A stretch of 64,000 nt of DNA from Amphiscolops sp. MND2022 (taxonomy: Eukaryota): contig OZ076420.1 of assembly GCA_964187785.1 (NCBI GenBank), forward strand, positions 11,470,001 through 11,534,000. Reading direction: 5' to 3'. Positions 11,897 to 23,200 of this stretch are shown in pieces. The notes below the pieces were generated by a model that had not been told where the DNA came from, searched no databases, and saw only the letters and a list, made by a program, of their open reading frames with translations. The translations under genes and the position numbers were made by a program. Positions within the stretch are counted from its first letter, which is position 1. Every line of letters begins with the position of its first letter.

Positions 11897-12068
11897 GTCA
11901 CGTGACTATTTCATATTTGGAAATGTATACGCCTCGTTTTCCATAAAAGGAAGACATTCCTTTTAAGGTAATGTTTATTCTGTCATTCAAAATGATTACG
12001 TTATTTTTCCATTTTTGGTAATGACTGCACTTCCTTCTATGGAAGTCACGTGACTATTCCTTTTGAGG
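11897..12068. promoter_or_regulatory. Divergent promoter with CArG-box cluster flanked by GTCACGTGAC E-box palindromes
   Basis: CC(A/T)6GG at 11941, 11959 and 12009; one-mismatch copies at 11911, 12033 and 12059; GTCACGTGAC at 11897 and 12045; lies between divergent ORFs. Confidence 0.7.
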
Positions 12069-12120
12069 TAACAATTCCATCATTTCAGATTCATTTTGTA
12101 AAACAAAAACACAACGTTCA

Positions 12121-12614
12121 GATGGCTGCTGTGATGATGCAAGTTTTTCCAAGTTTTTACTCCGTATACTCTAAAAAGAGTGTACACATTTGTGCAAACA
12201 CTTTTGAAAAGTATCTTGTCAGCAAAGACTATTGCGTTGCTCAACACGATGATTCCATGCGTTCCCAATTGTAAATATCACATTTTACTTATTGCTGAGA
12301 GGGATAATATTGACTTGATGCAAAAATTGGACACTTTTTGTTTTACATATCAGTTGGTCGACTGCCTTTATACATTATTCAAGTATCGCTTCGATGGGAA
12401 GATTGTTACTAAAAACGGACAAGTATTTGACAATATTGAACGAGCTGTATTCAATCAACGCCACGAGACGGTTGAAAGAATGCCGAGTATAGCAAAAAAG
12501 AGGCTGTTGCGAAAAAAAATCATTTTATGTATGATACAAGAGACATTCGCTGAGTTCGTTGCAAAAGACAGTTTCAACACAGACGAGCGGATCAGTTTTT
12601 GCAGACAGGATTGA
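12121..12614 (+). pseudogene. Polinton hypothetical protein (frameshifted)
   Basis: MAAVMMQVFPSFYSVY... (12121) shifts into ORF 12180..12614 (PNCKYHILL...); the only + strand gene in the left arm. Confidence 0.5.
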
Positions 12615-12730
12615 ACAGGTTAAAAAGACTAAATATGAAGTGGAATTGATAAAAATTGTAGATTGTTTATTAGATGATTACGGTACCTATGATAGTAATT
12701 TAGTATCTTTTAAAATTAAATCTTTGTAAA

Positions 12731-12937
12731 CTAACCATTGTTTTCTTCAACGAAATGAGACTTGTAGAGATCGTTAGGAAGTCTCATAATGGCAACAAAT
12801 AGACCAAAGAGAGCTGCGATTTCAACGACTGCTAGTAAGAGCAACAAGAAAGCTCCATTAGTGCAAACTGTACCCCATACTATGTCACGAAGGTCGGAAC
12901 ACTTGCTCATACTTGACTGAAATGCACACTTTTGCAA
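12731..12937 (-). pseudogene. Transmembrane ORF remnant (possible C-terminal part of an EGF-like precursor)
   Basis: CAFQSSMSKC (C-x8-C) followed by hydrophobic AFLLLLLAVVEIAALFGLFVAIM and a short tail. Confidence 0.35.
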
Positions 12938-12949
12938 GTAAATTTATAT

Positions 12950-13250
12950 ATTGTGTCAGATTTTAAAGTAAAATTTGTACAACGTGTCAGATTTTCTCGC
13001 AAAATTTTTACAACGTGTCAGATTTTAAACGAAATGAAAAAATTAAAAAGACAGATATAGAAGGCGTTTTTTTTATTAAAAAGACAGGTTTTCACCCATT
13101 TTACTCCGTAAAAACGACAAATTTTGCACTCGCGATACATTATTAAAAAGACAGGTTTTGAAGCAAAAGTTTTTACGTCTTGTCTGATTTTAAAGTAACT
13201 TTTTAACAACGTGTCAGATTTTGAAGTAACATTTTTACGTCAAATCAGAT
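12950..13250. repeat. Short dispersed repeat block
   Basis: gtgtcagatttt x4 (~12953, 12984, 13014, 13211) plus variants; ttattaaaa(a)agacaggtttt x2 (~13074, 13141). Confidence 0.75.
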
Positions 13251-13445
13251 TTAAACTGAGAAATTTTTGCACAAGACTAACAATCCTAATTCCCCTCCCT
13301 CGTTCAGACAATAGTCCTTGTACTCTTCAACGCAGGGATCCAGATCTCGTCCCACTTTTTCTGTAGTCCTTACTTGATATATAAACACGCTAGCAGTCAT
13401 GCCAATAATCAATGCTACCACAATTTTTGCTATGGTCTCACACAT
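13251..13445 (-). pseudogene. EGF/ErbB-ligand-like growth factor, truncated
   Basis: Hydrophobic N-terminus (IVVALIIGMTASVFIY), then DPCVEEYKDYCLNEG = C1-x7-C2 with Y-C-L-N-x-G as in EGF-family ligands; later cysteines missing. Confidence 0.55.
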
Positions 13446-13485
13446 AACGACTGATTTGAAAAAGAATGTGAATAAGAATAATAAT

Positions 13486-14093
13486 TCAATTTAATGCACG
13501 CAATAAATACAAATAATATTCAAACACACTACGATACACAGAGTTTGGTATAGTTTCCAAACAAGTCCCGAATGGACGGCTCAGGGACCTATGCAGCGGT
13601 GGCGGCTGCGTGGGTCTCTGCGACTCGGGTGTTGTGGGGTACTCGTTCTCTTTTTCTTGTTCATCGTCAATCTCTATAGGGTAGTCTGCGCTTCCAGCAA
13701 CATTAAAGTTTTCAAACAGTGACGGAGGGAAGGGAGTATCAATGCCCGGACGATACACTGCATCCATGTCTATGTTCGGATTCTCCCAATGGAACTGAAC
13801 ATTGTCCAGGTCGCTGGGAACAAAGTCACTGCTTACATCTTCATCACCCACGATGGCCCGAACCTCGTCTTGCATCTCCAACGTGCCTTGTTGGTTGGGA
13901 GTTATGGGGACGCGAGCTAAATGATTGTCCAGGAACTGTTGTCTTTGATTTATCAAAGAGTTGAAGGCTGCAAATGGAAGTTCCAAGGAGGAAATTGTCA
14001 AGTCTTGGACGATATCTTTAACAATAATTGTGACAGAGTCTGGTGAAAAGTCCAATGTCCTCTGGGTTCCGTTGTTGGAGACTGAGAAGAACA
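13486..14093 (-). CDS. Acidic, Pro-rich Polinton accessory protein
   Basis: Long open frame (part of 13486..14265) starting MFFSVSNNG; D/E-rich centre and PTTPESQRPTQPPPL tail. Confidence 0.55.
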
Positions 14094-14218
14094 TTGTTGT
14101 TGTCGTTGTAGAGCGAGTTGATTGTAGTGAGCTTTGAAATGGAATGACTTTTGGTTGTTTTAAAAATGATTTTGTAATGATATTGAGCAGCCAATAGGAA
14201 ACTGACACGATCATTTCC

Positions 14219-14581
14219 CTATATGGACTTGTTCTTTTTCGCTGGTGTTTCTTCTGAGCGTTCATTGGTCCGCTTTTTTCTCAAGAATTGTCGTATAAAT
14301 TCCATTCCTATATGGTTTTCGATTCGTTCCTTTTGTTCTCGCTCGTAATCCCTTGTCGTGGCTCTGAATGTATAGATACCAGCATCTTTTAAGGTAAACT
14401 GCTGCGTTTGATCCTTAAAAGGAATATCCTGCACAAGACAATCAGCGTCACACTTTGGACAATTGTAATGATGATGTTCTCTAGAATCCTCCTTGCAGTA
14501 ATGTTCGAATATGCATTTTTGTAACTCACATTCAGAACAGTAAACGTCCCCGACGGTATTTAAAATTGCATTGAGCTCCAT
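14219..14581 (-). CDS. Small Cys/His-rich protein with LxCxE-like motif and basic C-terminus
   Basis: VYCSECE, CIFEHYC, HHHYNCPKC and C-terminal PAKKNK; intact 120-aa ORF. Confidence 0.55.
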   Translation of the reverse strand: MELNAILNTVGDVYCSECELQKCIFEHYCKEDSREHHHYNCPKCDADCLVQDIPFKDQTQQFTLKDAGIYTFRATTRDYEREQKERIENHIGMEFIRQFLRKKRTNERSEETPAKKNKSI

Positions 14582-15208
14582 TAGACGTCGTAATTGCTTT
14601 CAATGATTCCGCTCTTGGACGATATAGAGAGACGGTCCTTATACAGTTGGTACAGTTCGTTGTGACTGAGGTTGACAATCTCTGTCAATACAAATTGATT
14701 TCCTCTATATAGAAACTTTTTCAATGAAAAACAACAATTCTAGTCTTTTTCAAAGCGGAAAGACAAACGCAAATGACTATCAGTGTGTTCTTTTATATCT
14801 AGATAATAGTGTGAGAAGACTGCGTCTTTCCACAGGGTATAGCCAATCTCTTGTAGTGGCTTTGGTAGAGGATACAGCTTTGCTTTTCGTGGAAACGTCT
14901 GTTTTCTTTTCGTTGAACTGTTTTAAAAAGAGACGCAGTGATTGAAATTTTTTTGTGATGGAAATTTCCTCGTCAGGAAAAAAGCGTTGTTGAGCTTTCA
15001 AGTCGCAAAATTTAAAGAATTTAATTGCAAATAAATTTATATTAGAACCCTTGCTGACTCGTACGAGTCGAGTTTCCGTCTTTGTAACGTCCAATATGTT
15101 GTGATAAAAGTACGATTCAACGTCAGCTTCGTCCAAGGTTTGGTCAGGAATGTCTTCGTAATGTGAATACAGCAAAGATACAGATGAAAGTTGTTGTTTA
15201 ACAGGCAA
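14581..15208 (-). pseudogene. Second putative PC4-like tandem-domain protein
   Basis: ORF 14780..15208 (FAIKFFKF..QQRFFPDEEISI) plus frameshifted tail KKFLYRGNQFVLTEIVNLSHNELYQLY; similar pattern to 11174-11830. Confidence 0.35.
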
Positions 15209-15354
15209 GAACTTATCTAAAAAAATATTTAAAATGAATAGTGTAACTTAGTGTAGTGGATAAAAGCAAGGCCTACGTCGCCGCAATATTATGACAATGC
15301 AATGACAGCACGTGCCTTTGCTTTTAACCACTACGCTAACGGTGTTGTTTATTT

Positions 15355-15915
15355 CCATTTATGGAAAGTAATTAAAGGAATGCAAGATGAAAGGGTAACC
15401 AGCTGTCAGCTACCCACGCTAATAATCTTTTATGGTCGGATAATTACTCCACTTGAGAGATTTTCCCAGACGTATCGGCGTCTTTTTGAGGAAATTTGTT
15501 CCACTTGAGTTATTTTCACAGACACGTTGGCGTCCCTTGAGGGAAACTTGTTCCACTTGAGCAATTAACTTTCAGGGAGATTAGAAGTGATTGACAGGTA
15601 CTTGAGAGGGGACGCAGACGCTAGTGCGTAATTGATTTTTCCATTTATGGTAGGTTAACTATTGCTTTTATGGTTCAGTGACTCATACCTTCCGTATATG
15701 GTTGAACAATTACAAAAACAAAATTTCCAACCATTTTGATTTCATTATTCATTTCACATTTCTGCAATCGAGTTGCTTGTTCTCAAGTTAATACATTTCC
15801 ATTTATGGTAGGTTAACTATTCTTTTTATGGTTCAGTGACTCACACCTTCCGTATATGGTTGAACAATTAAAAAAAAACAGAATTTCCAACCATTTTGAT
15901 TTCATTATTCTTTCC
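15355..15915. promoter_or_regulatory. pPolB upstream region: duplicated ~115-bp module with CArG and AP-1 sites
   Basis: CCATTTATGG at 15355, 15641 and 15799; TGACTCA at 15679 and 15837; CCGTATATGG at 15692 and 15850; direct repeat ~15640-15755 / ~15798-15915. Confidence 0.7.
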
Positions 15916-16025
15916 ACCTTTCTGCAATCTGGTTGTTTGTTCTCAAATTAAAACTTGTTACAATTTTCTGTTACAATTCTATTTGCTTGCTTTCAGATAG
16001 AGTCTTGTTACACTTGCTGCTTATA

Positions 16026-19000
16026 ATGCCTGCTCTCTGTCGAAATCAAAAAGTTACCTGTGACAATTGTGGGACTCTAGTATCCAAACAAAACCTGGCC
16101 AAACACAAAAAGAAATTTTCAGTTGGGACATTGTATTGCTCCCGAAGCCGCAATTTCTCAACAAAGTCCCAAAAAGACTTGAATTTCCACATTGAAAGGA
16201 AGCATGAAACTTCCAACTCTAAAACGACACACACTTGTAAAGAGTGTAAAGGGGAATTCGCTGGCTTTTATGCACTACGTCAACACAAAAGTAAAATGCA
16301 CTGTCTTAAGTTGAAAAAAGCCGATTCGTCACCCGTTGTGGATGATATCGATGATGACAGTCTCAAATAAGAGCTACGTGCATGTGAACACTTTCTCGGG
16401 GACTCTGAATTGAACGTGGACGACATAAAGTGTGTAATTAAGCTGTGGAGACACTAAACACGGAAATTGTTAATGATAAACTTGATCATTTCTTTAACAA
16501 CTTGAAATGTGCCGCAAAAGTTAACCTCGCATTTGGATTCATTTTAAAAAATTGGAAGATGGACGTTACAGATATTTCTACGCGTACGAAAACAATACTC
16601 TGTTGGATCGATCACAACTGGTGTGCACCAAAGACGACCGTACCAAATTGAAAAACAATGTCAATCAAACTGACGTAATTGAATCTTGTACCAGAGAAAG
16701 GATGAATACAAAATGAAAATTTTACAAGCTCGCCAATCTAACTGTGTTTGCTTCTTTGCTCAAAGACATTCCCATGGGTTGTTGAGATGCTGTACTCCCT
16801 GATCCACTACTGAAAAACCATACTGTCAACTGTTTGACATTCGAGCAGAACACTAGACAACCCTATAACGACAACTTGTGTTTATTCAGAGCATTAGCAC
16901 TTCATCTCCACGGAAATGAAAAATTGGAGGAAGAGACTTGCAAATTGTTCAATTGTTATTTGGAAAAGAAAGGAAGAATAGAACCAGCAACCTTCCAAGG
17001 TGTCTGCATGGACGATATTCCTCTTGTTGAAGACCTGATTCAAGTCAATATCTTTCTTTACGATATCGACATTGTCGATGAATCACTTGTTGGTGAACTC
17101 GCACGGCGGAGTGTACAGAAGTATTGCAACACTGCCAGGTTACTGCGTTACAATAACCACATTTGCTACGTCTCCAATATCAATGCATTATTTAAAGCTT
17201 ATCGTGGCTCAACTTGTAACCAGTTTTCCAACAAAACTGGAAACTTGGAGCGTCATTTGGTTATTTGGAAGGAACGCGTCAAACACGTTTATCCGAGAAA
17301 TTTTTATCGGTTGAGGGAAACACTGTTTGATAAACTCGACTTCTTTTCCATACCTTACACAAAAGAACAGCAATTGTTCAAAAATTTGGCCATTTTTAAC
17401 TTTGAATCAATTTGTGTGAAAGAGGATCAATTCAAGGATACCGAGACAACACATTGGATTGGAAAGCACGTGCCGATATCTGTATCTATAGCGTCCAACT
17501 TGATTGAGACACCAATATTTCTCTGCAATTCCAACCCGCAAGATTTGATTGAATCATTTGTTGTTGCTCTGGAGAGTTTAGCCACACAGAGCAAGGCTCA
17601 AATGTAGCTGCAGTTTTTAGATATCGAGACTACCATCAGAAACCGTCTCAATGCAATTTTTGTTGTACTGAATGAAAGACGTGGTCCAAGAGAAACTGTG
17701 TTGGACGTTGAAGATGAATGTCTTGAGGAAGAAGAAAAAGACGCTTCTACTCAGTTCTTGCAAATGCAAAAGAATCAACTCCTTGACTTGCAGGGACACT
17801 TGGAGAGATATTGCAACGTGTTACCAATCTTTGGCTTCAACAGTTCCAAATACGACATTAACCTTATCAAGCGTTATTTATTACCCTTATTGGTTAATGA
17901 GAGAAAATTGGAGCCAACAGTAATTAAAAAAGCGAATCAATTTGTCTCTTTCAAATTTGGGGATGTTCAATTGCTGGACATTCTGAATTTCTTGGGCGGA
18001 GCAACCAGCCTTGATTCTTTCCTGAAAGCTTACAAGACGTCAGAGACGAAAGGATACTTCCCATACGAATGGTTTGACTGTCTTGAAAAGCTAAATGACA
18101 CGGAATTACCCCCTTACGAATCATTTTTCAACAAGTTGCGAAATTGCAACCCTCTGGAGAGTGAGTATACTCAATATGAAAAATTGCTCAAGAGTTGTTC
18201 AACATCAGTGTCTGCCTTGAGCAAGTTGCGGTTGAGTCAACCTCCTCTCACAGGGAAGCAAAATTATGAGTATCTCGTCAATATATGGGAGAGTGAGAAA
18301 ATGACTACGTTCAAAGATTTCTTGCGCGGGTACAATAACAAGGACGTCGTTCCCACACTGGCGGCAATGCATAAAATGATCGCATTTTACCACCTCAAGG
18401 GAATTGATATGTTGAAGCTTGGTTGTACTTTACCCAATTTAGCCAACATATGCGTCCACAAGTCAACAAATGCGAAATTTTATCCTTTCACAGAGAACGA
18501 TAAAGACTTGCTTGAAAAGATACGAGAGGATATGGCTGGAGGTCCATCCATTGTATTTACAAGAAAAGCTGTTGTAAACGAGACGCTTATCCGGGATTCA
18601 GCAAACGTTTGCAAGTCATTAGTGGGCATTGATTCTAGTCAGCTTTACCGCTTCTCAATGTGTCACGAAATGCCTACTGAACTTTACACGCGATGGGATC
18701 TTGAACCAGAGTCTTGCCGATTCAGACCCCGCCAGAACAAGACGAGGAGCTTTGAGAATATGGTAATGTCTTACTATTAACGAATAAGACCAGAGTGTAA
18801 AATTGTCAGCTTTTACACCACAGGAACACATAAACAAATTGTCTGCTTCAGCGTTGACGGGTTCTGCGAGCATTGCAACAATGTATTTGAAGTCATCGGG
18901 CGCTAGTATAATTACTGTCCGTGTCAAGAAGCACGTCCTTCGCTTACAGAGGAAGAGATTCAGAAGGGAACAAAAAAGAGAGAGATGGATGAGTTGCGAA

Positions 19001-20270
19001 GACATCATTTAATGGAGAAGGGGTTTACAGTTATAGAGCTGTATGAGTGCGAATGGTGGCAACTTTACAAGATCGACGGTATAGTCAAGCAACTTTTACG
19101 TGAATCTTTTCCCTACAAAATACCTCTCAGTGAAGAGAGACTGTTGGACAGGATCAAGAATGGATATGTTCAGTGTGATATTGAAGTTCGTCCAGAGCTC
19201 CGCGAACACTTTGCCAACTTTCCCCCCATCTTTAAAAATGTCAACGTGAGCAGAAACGACATTGGATCTTTGATGAAAAGTTACGCTGAACAAGAGGGAC
19301 TTTTATCACAACCGAGACGAATGTTAATTTCAAGCTTTTCGTTGGAGAATGGGACACTAATAACACCTCTGTTACTATTTTACTTGAGCTTCGGGCTTGT
19401 GTGTAAGAAGATTTATCGTTTTGTCCAGTATACCCCAAAGAAATGTTTCAACAATTTTGTCCAGTCCGCAGTCGATGCAAGAAAGGAAGGAGATGAGAAC
19501 CCCAACTCGCGTGTTGTAGCAGAGACAATGAAGCTGCTTCCAAACAGTTCCTACGGCTATCAAGTTATGGACAGGAGCCGTCACACTGTCACAAAGTATT
19601 CATTTATGTGGCCAGAAAGTTCACGCAGCTATCAACAAAAAATTGTTTAAACGTTTGAACATTATCAACGAGAAGTTGTACGAGGTAGAGTTTATAAAGT
19701 CCGAGATTGAACACAGAGAGCCGATCATTGTTGGTTTTTTCATTCTGCAATATGCTAAACTGAGAATCTTGGAGCTCTATTACAACTTTTTCGCCACGTA
19801 TTGTGACATTAAAAAGTTTGAGGAGCTTGAAATGGATACAGACTCACTTTATCTTGCATTAGCTGAAGAAAAATTATATGACTGTATTCGTTCTGACATG
19901 AAAGCAGAGTACAAAGCACAAGAAACATGACAAGCGGGAACCTGGACTCTTCAAGGAAGAATTTCGCAGCACAGAAATGTTGTGACTGTGCAGCAAGACG
20001 TACTGCTGTTATGACTCTTGTTCACTTAAATTCAAGTTTAGCAGTAAAGGACCAAACAAGAGAACACTTGAAAGCAGTGGTGACGGTCCTATGTCCATAT
20101 AACGAAAAGTTTTGGAAGAGACAGTCAACGTGGCTTCAACTAATCGTGGTTTTCGTACAATTGATCACAATGTGGGTACTTACGAATCGACGAAAAAGGG
20201 ACTCTCTTATTTTTATCCCAAGCGTATTGTTCAGGAAGATGGAATTCACACTCGTCCACTAACTATATGA
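16026..20270 (+). pseudogene. pPolB: Protein-primed DNA polymerase B, copy 1 (with N-terminal C2H2 zinc fingers)
   Basis: Exo motifs (IFNFESI, FNSSKYD, YNNKDV); polymerase motifs GIDSSQLY, KLLPNSSYG, MDTDSLY; Vsr-like insert (VDGFC...ELYECEW); C-terminal KRIVQEDGIHT.P; many stops and frameshifts. Confidence 0.95.
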
Positions 20271-23200
20271 TACTTCTATACTTTTTAAAATACATTTGTA
20301 TTTCATTTATACATTATAAATTAATTTTTTTTCTACCTAAACATGATGCTGTACTCCCTGATCCACTACTGAAAAACCATACTGTCAACTGTTTGACATT
20401 CGAGCAGAACACTAGACAACCCTATAACGACAACTTGTGTTTATTCAGAGCATTAGCACTTCATCTCCACGGAAATGAAAAATTGGAGGAACAGACTTGC
20501 AAATTGTTCAATTGTTATTTGGAAAAGAAAGGAAGAATAGAACCAGCAACCTTCCAAGGTGTCTGCATGGACGATATTCCTCTTGTTGAAGACCTGATTC
20601 AAGTCAATATCTTTCTTTACGATATCGACATTGTCGATGAATCACTTGTTGGTGAACTCGCACGGCGGAGTGTACAGAAGTATTGCAACACTGCCAGGTT
20701 ACTGCGTTACAATAACCACATTTGCTACGTCGTCAATATCAATGCATTATTTAAAGCTTATCGTGGCTCAACTTGTAACCAGTTTTTCAACAAAACTGGA
20801 AACTTGGAGCGTCATTTGGTTATTTGGAAGGAACGCGTCAAACACGTTTATCCGAGAAATTTTTATCGGTTGAGGGAAACACTGTTTGATAAACTCGACT
20901 TTTTTTCCATACCTTACACAAAAGAACAGCAATTGTTCAAAAATTTGGCCATTTTTACCTTTGAATCAATTTGTGTGAAAGAGGATCAATTCAAGGATAC
21001 CAAGACAACACATTGGATTGGAAAGCACGTGCCGATATCTGTCTCTATAGCGTCCAACTTGGTTGAGACACCAATATTTCCCTGCAATTCCAACCCGCAA
21101 GATTTGATTGAATCCTTTGTTGTTGCTCTGGAGAGTTTAGCCACACAGAGCAAGGCTCAAATGTAGCTGCAGTTTTTAGATATCGAGACTACCATCAGAA
21201 ACCGTCTCAATGCAATTTTTGTTGTACTGAATGAAAGACGTGGTCCAAGAGAAACTGTGTTGGACGTTGAAGATGAATGTCTTGAGGAAGAAGAAAAAGA
21301 CGCTTCTACTCAGTTCTTGCAAATGCAAAAGAATCAACTCCTTGACTTGCAGGGACACTTGGAGAGATATTGCAACGTGTTACCAATCTTTGGCTTCAAC
21401 AGTTCCAATTACGACATTAACCTTATCAAGCGTTATTTATTACCCTTATTGGTTAATGAGAGAGAATTGGAGCCAACAGAAATTAAAAAAGCGAATCAAT
21501 TTGTCTCTTTCAAATTTGGGGATGTTCAATTGCTGGACATTCTGAATTTCTTGGGCGGAGCAACCAGCCTTGATTCTTTCCTGAAAGCTTACAAGACGTC
21601 AGAGACGAAAGGATACTTCCCATACGAATGGTTTGACTGTCCTGAAAAGCTAAATGACACGGAATTACCCCCTTACGAATCATTTTTCAACAAGTTGCGA
21701 AATTGCAACCCTCTGGAGAGTGAGTATACTCAAAATGAAAAATTGCTCAAGAGTTGTTCAACATCAGAGTCTGCCTTGAGCAAGTTGCAGTTGAGTCAAC
21801 CTCCTCTCACAGGGAAGCAAAATTATGAGTATCTCGTCAATATATGGGAGAGTGAGAAAATGACTACGTTCAAAGATTTCTTGCGCGGGTACAATAACAA
21901 GGACGTCGTTCCCACACTGGCGGCAATGCATAAAATTATCGCATTTTACCACCTCAAGGGAATTGATATGTTGAAGCTTGGTTGTACTTTACCCAGTTTA
22001 GCCAACATATGCGTCCACAAGTCAACAAATTCGAACTTTTATCCTTTCACAGAGAACGATAAAGACTTGCTTGAAAAGATACGAGAGGATATGGTTGGAG
22101 GTCCATCCATTGTATTTACAAGAAAAGCTGTTGTAAACGAGACGCTTATCCGGGATTCAGCAAACGTTTGCAAGTCATTAGTGGGCATTGATTCTAGTCA
22201 GCTTTACCGCTTCTCAATGTGTCAAGAAATGCCTACTGGACTTTACACGCGATGGGATCTTGATCCAGAGTCCTGCCGATTCAGACCCTGCCAGAACAAG
22301 ACGAGGAGCTTTGAGAATATGGTAATGTCTTACTATTAATGAATAAGACCAGAGTGTAAAATTGTCAGCTTTTACACCACAGGAACACATAAACAAATTG
22401 TCTGCTTCAGCGTTGACGGGTTCTGCGAGCATTGCATCAATGTATTTGAAGTCATCGGGCGCTAGTATCATTACTGTCCCTGTCAAGGAGCACGTCCTTC
22501 GCTTACAGAGGAAGAGATTCAGAAGGGAACAAAAAAGAGAGAGATGAATGAGTTGCGAAGACATCATTCAATGGAGAAGGGGTTTACAGTTATAGAGCTG
22601 TATGAGTGCGAATGGTGGCAACTTTACAAGATCGACGGTATAGTCAAGCAACTTTTACGTGATTTTTTTCCCTACAAAATACCTCTCAGTGAAGAGAGAC
22701 TGTTGGACAGGATCAAGAATGGAAGCCTCTTTGGATATGTTCAGTGTGATATTGAAGTTCGTCCAGAGCTCCGCGAACACTTTGCCAACTTTCCTCCCAT
22801 CTTTAAAAATGTCAACGTGAGCAGAAACGACATCGGATCTTTGATGAAAAGTTACGCTGAACATGAGGGACTTTTATCACAACCGAGTCGAATGTTAATT
22901 TCAAGCTTTTCGTTGGAGAATGGGACACTAATAACACCTCTGTTACTATTTTACTTGAGCTTCGGGCTTGTGTGTAAGAAGATTTATCGTTTTGTCCTGT
23001 ATACCCCAAAGAAATGTTTCAACAATTTTGTCCAGTCCGCAGTCGATGCAAGAAGGGAAGGAGATGAGAACCCCAACTCGCGTGTTGTAGCAGAGACAAT
23101 GAAGCTGCTTCCAAACAGTTCCTACGGCTATCAAGTTATGGACAGGAGCCGTCACACTGTCACAAAGTATTTATTTATGTGGCCAAAAAGTTCACGCAGC

